A stretch of DNA of 64,000 nt from Armatimonadota bacterium. GTDB lineage: Bacteria > Armatimonadota > Zipacnadia > Zipacnadales > Zipacnadaceae. Below, in pieces: positions 36,053-44,860 of the stretch (positions within the stretch are counted from its first letter, which is position 1; each line of letters opens with the position of its first letter). The notes beneath the pieces were generated by a model. The model saw nothing but the letters and a program-made list of their open reading frames with translations. It did no database searches and was not told the DNA's origin. The DNA is taken from the NCBI GenBank assembly GCA_036504235.1, contig DASXVN010000005.1:76497-140496 (forward strand), in the 5' to 3' direction. Position numbers and translations under genes: made by a program.

Positions 36053-37012
36053 ATGGCACACGACGCACCCTTATTGATATCGCTGTACCGCCAGATGGTG
36101 ATGATTCGCCAGTTTGAGGAGCGCGTGAAGTTCCTCTTTCTGGAGGGCATCATGCCCGGCACCATTCACCAGTACCAGGGCCAGGAGGCCGTCGCCGTGG
36201 GCGTGTGCAGCGCGCTCGACCCGGGCGACGTGATCACCAGCACCCACCGCCCGCACGGCCACGCGATTGCGCGCGGGCTGAGTGTCGAGTCCATGATGCA
36301 CGAGCTATTCGGCAAGGCCACCGGCTGCTGCCACGGCAAGGGCGGCTCCATGCACCTCGGCGACCTGGAGCAGGGGATGCTGCCCGCCATCGCCATTGTC
36401 GGGGGCGGCGTGCCGATTGCCACCGGCATCGCCCTGGCCTTCCAGATGCGCCGGGAGCCGCAGGTGGCGGTCTGCTTCATGGGCGACGGCGCGACCAACG
36501 AGGGCGCCTTCCACGAGGCGGTCAACATGGGCGCGATCTGGTCGCTGCCGGTCGTCTACGTCATCGAGAACAACCGCTACAGCGCCTCCACGCCCATCTG
36601 CCAGACCGCCAAAGTGCCGCACCTCTCCGATCGCGCCTGCGCTTACGGGATCCCCGGCGTCACGGTGGACGGCAACGACCTGCTGGCCGTCCGCGAGGCC
36701 GCGCAGACGGCGCTGGCCCGCGCCCGTGGGGGAGAGGGGCCGACGCTCCTGGAGGGCATGACCTACCGCCTCACCGGCCATTCGCGCCGCGACCCTTGTG
36801 CCTACCAGCCGGAGGAGGAGCGCCGGCGCGCCCAGGAGCAGGAGCCGATCGGGCGCTTCGGCGCATGGCTGCTGGCCGAGGACGTCGCCGACCAGCCGGC
36901 GTTGGACGCGGTGCGCGCTGAGGTGGACGCCGAGATCGAAGCGGCCGTCCAGTCGGCCAGCGCCGCGCCCGATCCCGCGCCGCAAGATGCGCTCAACGAC
37001 GTCTTCGCCTAA
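36053..37012 (+). CDS. TPP-dependent 2-oxoacid (pyruvate/acetoin) dehydrogenase E1 component, alpha subunit.
   Basis: 'YRQMVMIRQFEERV', 'GTIHQYQGQEAVAVG' and 'MGDGATNEGAFHEAVNMGAIWSLPVVYVIENNRY' (TPP-binding GDG...N motif). Confidence 0.75.
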   Translation: MAHDAPLLISLYRQMVMIRQFEERVKFLFLEGIMPGTIHQYQGQEAVAVGVCSALDPGDVITSTHRPHGHAIARGLSVESMMHELFGKATGCCHGKGGSMHLGDLEQGMLPAIAIVGGGVPIATGIALAFQMRREPQVAVCFMGDGATNEGAFHEAVNMGAIWSLPVVYVIENNRYSASTPICQTAKVPHLSDRACAYGIPGVTVDGNDLLAVREAAQTALARARGGEGPTLLEGMTYRLTGHSRRDPCAYQPEEERRRAQEQEPIGRFGAWLLAEDVADQPALDAVRAEVDAEIEAAVQSASAAPDPAPQDALNDVFA

Positions 37013-37030
37013 ACTCTCAGGAGGAAACTT

Positions 37031-38047
37031 GTGGCTCATATCACGATAGCGGAAGCCTTGCGCGATGGTTTGCGCGAGGAGATGGCGCGCGATGACCGCG
37101 TGTTCTGCATTGGCGAGGATATCGGCATCCCCGGCGGCTGGGGCGGCGCTTTCACGGTGACGCTCGGGCTGGAGAAGGACTTCCGGGAGCGGATCATTGA
37201 CACGCCGATCTCCGAGGCCGGCTTCTTCGGCGTGGCGCTGGGCGCGGCGGTGATGGGCCTGCGCCCGGTGGCCGACGTGCAGTACAGCGACTTTCTCTTC
37301 TGCGCGATGGACCAGGTCGTCAACCAGATCGCGACCCTGCGCTACATGTCGGGCGGGAAGGTCACCGTGCCCCTGGTGATGCGCGCCCCGGTCGGCGCCA
37401 CCGGTCGCGGGGCCCAGCACGCCCGCAATCCGGAGGCCATCTTCTACGGCATCCCCGGCCTGAAAATCGTCTGCCCCGCCACCGCCTACGACGCCAAGGG
37501 CCTGCTCAAGGCGGCTATCCGCGAGGACAATCCGGTGCTGATCTTCGAGCATAAGCTGCTCTACGGCTCCAAGGGCGCACGGGCGGAGTCGGGCAACATC
37601 GACGCCTCCAGCGAGGTCCCGGCGGAGGACTATATCGTACCGATTGGCTCAGGGATCGTGCGGCGGGAGGGCAGCGACGTGACGATCATCGGTACGCTCC
37701 TGATGATGCACCGCGCGCTGCTGGCGGCCGAGCGCCTGGCGGCCGAGGGGATCAGCGCCGAGGTCATCGACCCGCGCAGCCTGGTGCCCTTCGACTGGCC
37801 GCTGGTGGAGGCCTCCGCGCAAAAGACCGGCCGCGCGGTGATTGTCGAGGAGGGCCCGCGCACCGGTGGCATTGGCGGCGAGCTGGCCGCGACGCTCTCC
37901 GAGCGCCTGGTCGACTACCTGCTGGCCCCGGTCGCGCGGGTGGCCTCGCCGGATATCCCGGTGCCCTTCGCTCCGCCGATGGAGGATTTCTACCGCCCGA
38001 CCGTAGAGCGAATCATGGAGGCAGCGCGCGTCGTCGTGAACGGGTAG
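37031..38047 (+). CDS. 2-oxoacid dehydrogenase E1 component, beta subunit.
   Basis: GTG start 5 nt after 'AGGAGGA'. Motifs 'DDRVFCIGEDIG..GGWGGAF', 'RIIDTPISEAGFFGVALGAAVMGLRPV' and 'RAPVGATGRGAQH'. Confidence 0.75.
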   Translation: MAHITIAEALRDGLREEMARDDRVFCIGEDIGIPGGWGGAFTVTLGLEKDFRERIIDTPISEAGFFGVALGAAVMGLRPVADVQYSDFLFCAMDQVVNQIATLRYMSGGKVTVPLVMRAPVGATGRGAQHARNPEAIFYGIPGLKIVCPATAYDAKGLLKAAIREDNPVLIFEHKLLYGSKGARAESGNIDASSEVPAEDYIVPIGSGIVRREGSDVTIIGTLLMMHRALLAAERLAAEGISAEVIDPRSLVPFDWPLVEASAQKTGRAVIVEEGPRTGGIGGELAATLSERLVDYLLAPVARVASPDIPVPFAPPMEDFYRPTVERIMEAARVVVNG

Positions 38048-38071
38048 GCGCCGTCTCAAGGAGTGCTCACC

Positions 38072-39025
38072 ATGGCCGAGGTTGTTTGCCTGGGGATTCT
38101 GGTCGCTGATGTCTGGGCTCGTCCGGTGGACCGCTGGCCGGAACACGGGCGGCTGGGCGTGGTGGGCCAGACTGGACTGTCCCTGGGCGGCTGCGCGGCC
38201 AACACCGGCACCGATTTGCAGCGTCTGGGCGTCTCCGTGGCGGTGCAGGGCTGCGTGGGGGAGGACGGTTTCGGCGATTTTGTCACCGATTCCCTGCGAC
38301 AGGACGGGATTGACGTCAGCGGCATTTACCGCACCCGCGCGGCCGGCACCTCGACCACGATGATCATGATCGACAGCGCCGGGGAGCGCACCTACCTGCA
38401 CTGCTTCGGCGCGAACGGTCACCTCGACCCGGCGCGGTTGGACATGGCCGCGATCAAGTCCGCGAAGCTGCTGCACCTGGCGGGCGTACTGCTCATGCCC
38501 GGCTTTGACGGTGAGCCGCAGGCCCAGGTCCTGGCCGCAGCGCAGGCAGCGGGCGTGACCACCTGCGTGGACACCGCCTGGGACGACACCGGCCGTTGGA
38601 TGCAGACCGTCGCCCCGTTGCTGCCGCATGTTGACCTGTTCCTGCCCAGCCTCCCGGAGGCCCAGAAACTAACCGGTCGGGACTGCCCGGAGGAGATGGC
38701 CCGGGTCCTGCTCGATGCTGGCGCGGGCCTGGTGGGCATAAAGCTGGGCCCTGACGGCAGCTACGTGCGCACCGCCGACGCGGAGTTGCGGATGCCGGCC
38801 TATCGGGTGCACGTGGTGGATGGCAGCGGCGCGGGGGACGCGTTCGTGGCGGGGTTCCTCTATGGCCACCTGCACAACTGGGACCTGGAGCGCACCCTGC
38901 GTTTCGCCAACGCCGTCGGCGCCCTGGCCACTACCGCCGCCGGGACCACCACCGCCGTGCGCGACTACGATCAGGTGATTGAGCTACTGGAGACCCACGA
39001 ACCAGGCCAGTGGGCGGGGCGCTAG
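38072..39025 (+). CDS. PfkB-family carbohydrate kinase (ribokinase-like).
   Basis: N-terminal 'VVCLGILVAD' and the C-terminal anion-hole/ATP motif 'DGSGAGDAFVAGFLYG'. RBS 'AAGGAG' 8 nt before ATG 38072. Confidence 0.65.
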   Translation: MAEVVCLGILVADVWARPVDRWPEHGRLGVVGQTGLSLGGCAANTGTDLQRLGVSVAVQGCVGEDGFGDFVTDSLRQDGIDVSGIYRTRAAGTSTTMIMIDSAGERTYLHCFGANGHLDPARLDMAAIKSAKLLHLAGVLLMPGFDGEPQAQVLAAAQAAGVTTCVDTAWDDTGRWMQTVAPLLPHVDLFLPSLPEAQKLTGRDCPEEMARVLLDAGAGLVGIKLGPDGSYVRTADAELRMPAYRVHVVDGSGAGDAFVAGFLYGHLHNWDLERTLRFANAVGALATTAAGTTTAVRDYDQVIELLETHEPGQWAGR

Positions 39026-39032
39026 CAGAAAG

Positions 39033-39175
39033 CCGTTGCCGTACGTAGGGGTGGATCTTTCGCGGAGCCGTATCCCGCGGAACATCCACCCGCGCCTGCC
39101 GCTGATCCACGGCTTCGTGGTTGCCGCGGGTGGACGTCGCGGCGCAGACGCCACGAGGTCCACCCCTACAGGGGA
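39033..39175. repeat. Intergenic repeat element (REP/MITE-like), full copy, with 13-bp imperfect terminal inverted repeats and internal palindromes.
   Basis: The 60-bp core 'GCCGTTGCCGTacGTAGGGGTGGATCTTTCGCGGagCCGTATCCcGCGGAACATCCACCCGCG' at 39033-39093 is about 93% identical to 44744-44804. The ends 'GTAGGGGTGGATC' (39045-39057) and 'GGTCCACCCCTAC' (39157-39169) are inverted. It begins 8 nt after the PfkB stop, between convergent genes. Confidence 0.5.
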
Positions 39176-39179
39176 TTGC

Positions 39180-40049
39180 TCAGGCCTGCCCTGCCGCCCC
39201 TAGCACCTCACACTTCTCCGCCACCAAGTTGCTGACCGCCTCCAGCGCCGGCCGCATCACGTCCGCCTCCAGGCCGGTACCCAGCAGTTCGTGCGGGTCC
39301 TCGGCGCGCCAGTTTTCGGCCAGCGAGCGCTCCAGTTGCGCCAGGAAGACCAGCCGCTGCGCGGTGCCGTAGTTGACCTGGGGGACGCCCCGTCCCGCCG
39401 CTTCGCGCAATTGCTCGTCCTCCGCGCCGCTGCCCCCGTGCAAGACCAGTGGTGCCGGCACGACCTCGGCCAACCGCGCGATCAGGTCCAGATCGAGTTG
39501 GTACTTGCCCGTGGTCAGGTGGCGGTTGCCGGCGGTGATGCCCAGCGCGTGGACGCCGGTGCGGCGGGCGAAATCCGCGGCCACCTCCGGCTCCGTGTTG
39601 TCGTGGTCGCCGCCCAGCAGGGAGCCGACCTCGGACTCCACCTCCACGCCAACCGCCGCGGCCTGACGCACAAGGTCCGCCGTCTTGCTGACATGCGCCT
39701 CCGGATCGTCGGTGGGGTTACTGTACATGACCACGTTGAAGCCCAGCGGCAGCGCCGCCACGGCCCAATCCCAGTAGGGCGTCTCGTTGAACAGGTACGC
39801 CACCGGCACGGTCGCGGCCTCCGCGGCGAGACGGCCGGCCTGCGCGTAGGCGGGGAAGAAGCGCTGATCCATGCCCAGGGCGGGCGGCAGGTAGAGGCCG
39901 CTCTGGCCAATCATAATCGGCGCCCGCGCTCGCTCCGCGCCGCGCAGGATGGCCAGCAGGCTGGCCTCATCCCAGGGCTCGAAATAGGCGACCGCATAGC
40001 CGCCTTGGCGTGCGGCGGCCATGATCTGACTGAAAGGTTCCATCGGCAT
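39180..40049 (-). CDS. Class II (metal-dependent) ketose-bisphosphate aldolase family protein (fructose/tagatose-bisphosphate aldolase-like).
   Basis: 'GYAVAYFEPWDEASLLAIL', 'PVAYLFNETPYWD' and 'LVLHGGSGAEDEQLREA'. The start is ambiguous: GTG 40061, ATG 40049 or ATG 40043. Confidence 0.6.
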   Translation of the reverse strand: MPMEPFSQIMAAARQGGYAVAYFEPWDEASLLAILRGAERARAPIMIGQSGLYLPPALGMDQRFFPAYAQAGRLAAEAATVPVAYLFNETPYWDWAVAALPLGFNVVMYSNPTDDPEAHVSKTADLVRQAAAVGVEVESEVGSLLGGDHDNTEPEVAADFARRTGVHALGITAGNRHLTTGKYQLDLDLIARLAEVVPAPLVLHGGSGAEDEQLREAAGRGVPQVNYGTAQRLVFLAQLERSLAENWRAEDPHELLGTGLEADVMRPALEAVSNLVAEKCEVLGAAGQA

Positions 40050-40250
40050 CGGCCTAACCACCCCTGTGCTCGTCTCGGGCGAGTCCTGCGGCAGCGCGGG
40101 TAAGTTCCCCGCCAGACCGCGATTTCCTCGCCCGCGGCGCCCCGAGCCTCCGCCCCGGTGCGTCGTCGCTTGACACGAGGAGGCCCGGGAGTACTATCGG
40201 CGAAATCCCCAATCGACTCCGGAAACCCAGAGAGGCGAGTGAGTTCGTCC

Positions 40251-40595
40251 ATGAAGACACGGAAACGATCACCGGCGATCCTCGCGGCGCTCCTGATGCT
40301 CGCCGCCCTCGCAGCGAGCGCTCACGCGGCCGCCCCGCCGCTGGTGCCGGGGCGTTACGTGACCAAGTTCATCCTCAAGGTGGCGGACAACACCCAGCCC
40401 GAGGGGGGTCTTTTCCTACGGCCTCTAGGGAGCGACCAGGAAATCTGGCCGCAGGGGAAGGGTCGCGTGGCAGCCTTCCTCGGCACGCCGATGGGGGAGG
40501 CCGGCCCCGGCCGGCGGGGCTTCTGGGAGAGTTCATCCTGGCCGCAGACGATGGCGGCGCTGTTGCGCTGGCTGGCCGGCGGACCGGAGGGCTAG
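40251..40595 (+). CDS. Small secreted hypothetical protein (114 aa).
   Basis: ATG 40251 gives signal peptide 'MKTRKRSPAILAALLMLAALAASAHAAAPP'. The ORF track starts upstream at 40158. Confidence 0.35.
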   Translation: MKTRKRSPAILAALLMLAALAASAHAAAPPLVPGRYVTKFILKVADNTQPEGGLFLRPLGSDQEIWPQGKGRVAAFLGTPMGEAGPGRRGFWESSSWPQTMAALLRWLAGGPEG

Positions 40596-40770
40596 TCGCG
40601 AACCGGCCCGCCGGGAACGCCCCTGGTGGCGCTGGCGCCACTGGCCGGCGGCCCTGGCCGAGTTGGTGCGCTTGACCGCCTCTTCCGGGTAGGGGCGCGT
40701 GGGGCGGAGCGCAGCGCCTTCACCCCCGAGAGAGGAATCGGGGCGCCGCTCGGAGAACCGGCCTCGATGG

Positions 40771-40782
40771 GTAAACGTTTAC
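40771..40782. promoter_or_regulatory. Perfect 12-bp palindrome GTAAACGTTTAC, 62 nt upstream of the beta-helix gene. It matches a LacI/GalR-type operator core.
   Basis: The sequence equals its own reverse complement. With flanks, 'gGTAAACGTTTACa' differs by one base from the LacI-family consensus TGTAAACGTTTACA. Confidence 0.4.
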
Positions 40783-40843
40783 ACGGCAGGTGGCTGCGAG
40801 GCCGCGGTAGCAGCGAACCTGACTGACTGAGAGGCGAAACAAG

Positions 40844-42304
40844 ATGCGCTTCCTGACTGTACTGAGCCTGGCCGTCCTCCTGGTGACCTGGGGCCTGGCC
40901 GCCCACGCGGCGGAACCGGGCCCGGCCGTGTCGCTCAACGCCGCGGACTATCCGGACTTGCAGGCAGCCGTCAACGCCTTGCCCAACTCCGGCGGCACGG
41001 TGCTGCTCCCCCCGGGCACGATCAAGCTCGACAAGACTCTGAACCTGTCCTTCGCCCTGCACCAGAACCCACAGTTCTCGGTCACTCTCCAGGGCGCGGG
41101 CACGCTAGCCACGGTCCTCCTGCTCGATACCAAGGGGCAGCCGGGGCTGGATTTCACCGGCAACTCCTACTGGAAGGTCTCCAATCTGCACCTCATGAAC
41201 CGCAGCGGTAATGTCGGCGTGCTCCTGGCCCGGACCCCCGCCAACGGCCGGGGCTGTTCCGGGGAGTTCAACAACGTGCTCTTCAGCGGCTGCTTCCCCG
41301 TCGCCGCGGTCTACCTGACCGGCGCGGAGGTCTGCCGCTTCTACCACTGCCAGTTCAGCAACCAACTGAAGAAGTGGTACAACCAGGACGTCGCCGGCGT
41401 GACCGAGGGCGAGGCCTGCGTCATGATCTCCCCGAACAACGTCCGGGGCCTGCAGAGCCCCTACTGCACAGAGGGCACCGGCGGCGGCTCCAACACCGAG
41501 TACTACTTCGACGGCTGCACCTTCAACAACGAGGCGCCGGAGTCCCGCGGGCTCAAGATCTTCGGCCAGGCCTCCGACATCCGCGTCACCAACAGCTATC
41601 TGCACTCCGATGGCTTCACCGCGATCTACCTGGACGCCACCAAGGGCAATCTCTCCGGCTTGTCCCTGCGCGATCTCCGGATTGAGGGCGAGCACGGGCA
41701 GCACGCTCTCTACGCGATCGGCCACACCAATCAGGTCACCATCGAGGGCGGCTCCTGGAACGCCACCAAGGAAGTAATCCTGCAGGAGGCTGCCCCGGTC
41801 GCCTTCGTGGATGCCGGCGGCCCCTGCGTCTCGAAGGTCGGCGCGGCCAACAAGTGGCGGATCTCGCAGCTTTCCATGTCGATCTGGGACGGCTGGGGCT
41901 ACTCTAAGGAGTACCGCCAGATGGCGCAGGAGATGCGCGGCGGTCCGCTGCCCACCGCTTGGGCGGACAACGTGCCGCACGTCTACATGCGCTTCCATAC
42001 CCTGCTGAACAGCGTCATCGAACCCTGCGAGCCGGTCACCTTGCGCTGGCGCGAAGCCCTAGCCAGACCGGCGAACGCGGGCGACCAGGGGACAGTCAAC
42101 GGGCTGAGCGCCGAACAGGCGCAGGGCCTGTTCGAAGCAAGTTTCCAGCCTGGCGAGGCCAATCAGCGCCTGCGTGACCGGATGCGCCAAGTTGCCCTGG
42201 GCGCGGGCAGTGCCGGCAACCGGATCACGGTGACCAGCCGCGGACTGCTGGAAATAGACGCCGCCACCGCCCGGCACAATAGCCTCACTATCTTGCCCAA
42301 GTAG
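40844..42304 (+). CDS. Secreted right-handed parallel beta-helix protein (pectate-lyase / GH28-like fold).
   Basis: Signal peptide 'MRFLTVLSLAVLLVTWGLAAHAAEP'. 'ADYPDLQAAVNALPNSGGTVLLPPGTIKL' is the hallmark N-terminus of pectin-lyase-fold proteins. Repeated 'N..G....L' coils follow. Confidence 0.55.
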   Translation: MRFLTVLSLAVLLVTWGLAAHAAEPGPAVSLNAADYPDLQAAVNALPNSGGTVLLPPGTIKLDKTLNLSFALHQNPQFSVTLQGAGTLATVLLLDTKGQPGLDFTGNSYWKVSNLHLMNRSGNVGVLLARTPANGRGCSGEFNNVLFSGCFPVAAVYLTGAEVCRFYHCQFSNQLKKWYNQDVAGVTEGEACVMISPNNVRGLQSPYCTEGTGGGSNTEYYFDGCTFNNEAPESRGLKIFGQASDIRVTNSYLHSDGFTAIYLDATKGNLSGLSLRDLRIEGEHGQHALYAIGHTNQVTIEGGSWNATKEVILQEAAPVAFVDAGGPCVSKVGAANKWRISQLSMSIWDGWGYSKEYRQMAQEMRGGPLPTAWADNVPHVYMRFHTLLNSVIEPCEPVTLRWREALARPANAGDQGTVNGLSAEQAQGLFEASFQPGEANQRLRDRMRQVALGAGSAGNRITVTSRGLLEIDAATARHNSLTILPK

Positions 42305-42312
42305 AAAGCAGG

Positions 42313-42376
42313 CGCGAGAGGAACGGGGGGCAGGTGCGCCTGACCGGCGCGGAGAACCCTGCCCCCGTTCTCGCGT
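42313..42376 (+). terminator. Long imperfect hairpin downstream of the beta-helix gene. Probable terminator.
   Basis: 'GCGAGAGGAACGGGGGGCAGG' (42313-42333) pairs with 'CCTGCCCCCGTTCTCGCG' (42358-42376). It is followed by 'TTGCGG', a weak U-tract. Confidence 0.35.
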
Positions 42377-42466
42377 TGCGGTACAGCCCTTACCCTAGTA
42401 CGTGCCCAACAATCGGAGAGCCAGGCCCCCCGCGCCGCCCTCCGCCTACGACAGGAGAATCCCACT

Positions 42467-44731
42467 ATGCCCCAATATTTCACGCGAGATTACTTCACTT
42501 ACGACGGCAAGCCCAGCTTCATTTTCGGCGGTGATTTCAACTACACGCGCTGCCGGGCTGACGACTGGCGCGACCGCATGCTCAAGATGCGCGCCGCCGG
42601 GCTCAACACCCTCAATCTGTACGCCACCTGGGCCTTCCATGAGTTGGCGGAGGGCGAGTGGGACTTCTCCGGCGACCGCGATCTGGCCCGCTACCTGGAC
42701 ACGGCCCAGGAGCTAGGCCTGTGGGTAGTCTTCCGCCTGGGGCCCTTCATCCACGGCGAGTGGCGCAACGGCGGCCTGCCCCAGTGGCTGCTCGACAAGC
42801 TGGGCAAGCGCGCCCGCTCCAACGATCCCGAGTACCTGCGCCTGGCCAAGCTCTGGTACGAGAAGGAGCTGGAAATCGCCGTGCCGCGCCTGATCAGCCG
42901 GGGCGGGCCGATCATTATGGTGCAGGTGGAGAATGAACTGGGCTCGGCGGGCTCCAAGGGTGACGACATCCCCCGCGGCTCCACCGACCCCGAGGAGAAC
43001 GCCAAGCATGTGCTCTACTTCCACGGCCTCCTGCAGGAGCACGGCGTGGACGTGCCGGTGCTGGACATCAACCACTTCCCGGGCAAGGAAGACATGCCCA
43101 ATCTCATCAGCCCGGGGGGCGCCTACATCGTCAACTGCTTCGGCAGCGAGGGCGACTTCTGGCCGCTGAGCCTGGACGGCTGGGACCGGCACGACCGGCC
43201 GCTCATGACCATCGAGACGATGGGCGGCATGTTCCAGCGCTTCTACGACTGGCCGGCGTACCAGAACACCAACGGCTATCAGGGGCCGATCGTCAAACCT
43301 GAGTACCTGGAGGCGGTCACCCACCAGCACCTGGCGGAGGGCAGCAACGCCATCAACTATTACGTATTCGTGGACGGTCAGCATCCCGATGAGGGCAACG
43401 AGCGGATGCTGCCCTACCGGGACATGAACTACCAGGCGCCGATCACCGCCACCGGCACCTTGCGCGAGTCCTACCGCTCCGTCAAGCGCCTGGGCTGGTT
43501 CCTGCGGGCCTTCGAGCAGGAGATGCTGACCTCCCAGCCTAACCCGACCTGGATGCACGCGGTCTCCTATGGCCAGGCGCACCCCGGCACCGAGGAGACC
43601 GGCGATCTGTTCGCCATGTATCACGCCGAGGGCAAGGAGATTCCCGACGCGCTCAAGCATGTATCGGTGCTCAAGGCGAGCGGCCGGGCCACCAAGGGCC
43701 TGAACCTGAGCGAGTCCAACTTCGCCTTCCTGTTCAACATCAGCACCCGGGGCACCCAGTGGAAGTGCGACGTGCGCCTGACCACCTCGCCGCGCGGCAT
43801 CCCCTGCGAGGTCTCGGCCGAATACCCCCGCCGGACGCAGCTTTCCCTGCCGCCGCAGCGCACCAAGTGCCTGCCTTTCTTTGTCAAGCTGACCGAGGGG
43901 ACCTTCCTGGAGTACTCCACGGCGGAGTTGCTGGACCGCCGGCCCTTCGGCGCCGGGGTGCAGGTGATCCTCCACGCGGACGCCGACGAGTTGGTGGAGA
44001 CGCGCCTGGTCCTGCCCGAGCGCCGGGAGGCGCGCCACGACGGCGCCAGCCTGGCCCTGTGGGAGAGCCCGAACACCCTGCTGCTGGCCGGCGTCCCCGG
44101 CGAGAACCTGTCCGTGGTCACGGTGGGGGAGGCCGAGCCGGTGCGCATCGTGCTGATGGAGCGGCGTCTGGCCGGGCAGGTCTGGGACCTCGCAGCCCCC
44201 GGCGGCCCGGTAGTGGCGGCGAGCAACCTGGCGATCCTGGAGAGCACCGTCAGCGGTAGCCAAACCGTGGCCACCGTGCAGCTCACGGAGCCGGATGTGT
44301 TCCTGCACCTGATCTGCGATCGCGAGCCGGTAGTGGGCCTGCCGCAAGTGGAACTCACCGGCGGCTGGGACCCGGCGACCGGCGTCTACAGCGCCTCCGG
44401 CCGGGCCGCGGTGCCCCCGGTGGAGATTCCCTTCACCCAGCGACGCGAGGGCGAGTTGTGGGTCTGGGAGGCCGAGGTCCGTCCGGAGCAACTGGCGGGC
44501 CTGGCGGAGCTGATCCTGCACGCCGAGTACGACGGCGACTGCGCCCGGGCCTACCTCGACGAGACGCTCATCAGCGACCACTATATGGGCCGCTGGCAGT
44601 ACTGGGAGGCGGGCCTGAAGAACTGGCTCACCGCCCCGGCCACCCTGCGCCTGGAGTTCGAGCGCACCCGCCAGGTGGACCTGCGCGTCATGCCGGTAGT
44701 GGAGACCGAGATGCGCGTGGAGTGGAAGTAG
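42467..44731 (+). CDS. Glycoside hydrolase family 35 beta-galactosidase.
   Basis: 'KPSFIFGGDFNYTRCRADDWRDRMLKMRAAGLNTLNLYATWAFHE' and 'GPFIHGEWRNGGLPQWL' match the GH35 signature region ('GPYICAEWDFGG.P.WL'). 'VQVENELGS' contains the catalytic-acid Glu. RBS 'AGGAG'. Confidence 0.7.
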   Translation: MPQYFTRDYFTYDGKPSFIFGGDFNYTRCRADDWRDRMLKMRAAGLNTLNLYATWAFHELAEGEWDFSGDRDLARYLDTAQELGLWVVFRLGPFIHGEWRNGGLPQWLLDKLGKRARSNDPEYLRLAKLWYEKELEIAVPRLISRGGPIIMVQVENELGSAGSKGDDIPRGSTDPEENAKHVLYFHGLLQEHGVDVPVLDINHFPGKEDMPNLISPGGAYIVNCFGSEGDFWPLSLDGWDRHDRPLMTIETMGGMFQRFYDWPAYQNTNGYQGPIVKPEYLEAVTHQHLAEGSNAINYYVFVDGQHPDEGNERMLPYRDMNYQAPITATGTLRESYRSVKRLGWFLRAFEQEMLTSQPNPTWMHAVSYGQAHPGTEETGDLFAMYHAEGKEIPDALKHVSVLKASGRATKGLNLSESNFAFLFNISTRGTQWKCDVRLTTSPRGIPCEVSAEYPRRTQLSLPPQRTKCLPFFVKLTEGTFLEYSTAELLDRRPFGAGVQVILHADADELVETRLVLPERREARHDGASLALWESPNTLLLAGVPGENLSVVTVGEAEPVRIVLMERRLAGQVWDLAAPGGPVVAASNLAILESTVSGSQTVATVQLTEPDVFLHLICDREPVVGLPQVELTGGWDPATGVYSASGRAAVPPVEIPFTQRREGELWVWEAEVRPEQLAGLAELILHAEYDGDCARAYLDETLISDHYMGRWQYWEAGLKNWLTAPATLRLEFERTRQVDLRVMPVVETEMRVEWK

Positions 44732-44743
44732 GGGAGCCGTAGT

Positions 44744-44804
44744 GCCGTTGCCGTTTGTAGGGGTGGATCTTTCGCGGGCCGTATCCGCGGAACATCCACC
44801 CGCG
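44744..44804. repeat. Second, truncated copy of the intergenic repeat seen at 39033.
   Basis: 'GCCGTTGCCGTttGTAGGGGTGGATCTTTCGCGGgCCGTATCCGCGGAACATCCACCCGCG' lies 13 nt after the GH35 stop. It lacks the right-hand terminal inverted repeat. Confidence 0.5.
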
Positions 44805-44860
44805 TTCGCCGCAAACGAACCTAGTCCCGCGCACGCACCAATCACAGGGAGACGACCATC

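Noticed and set aside
40596-40700. The sequence 'TGGTGGCGCTGGCGCCACTGG' near 40625-40645, which looks palindromic.
   Set aside because: It is not a true palindrome: only the GGCGC/GCGCC 5-bp arms pair. That is too weak to call a site.
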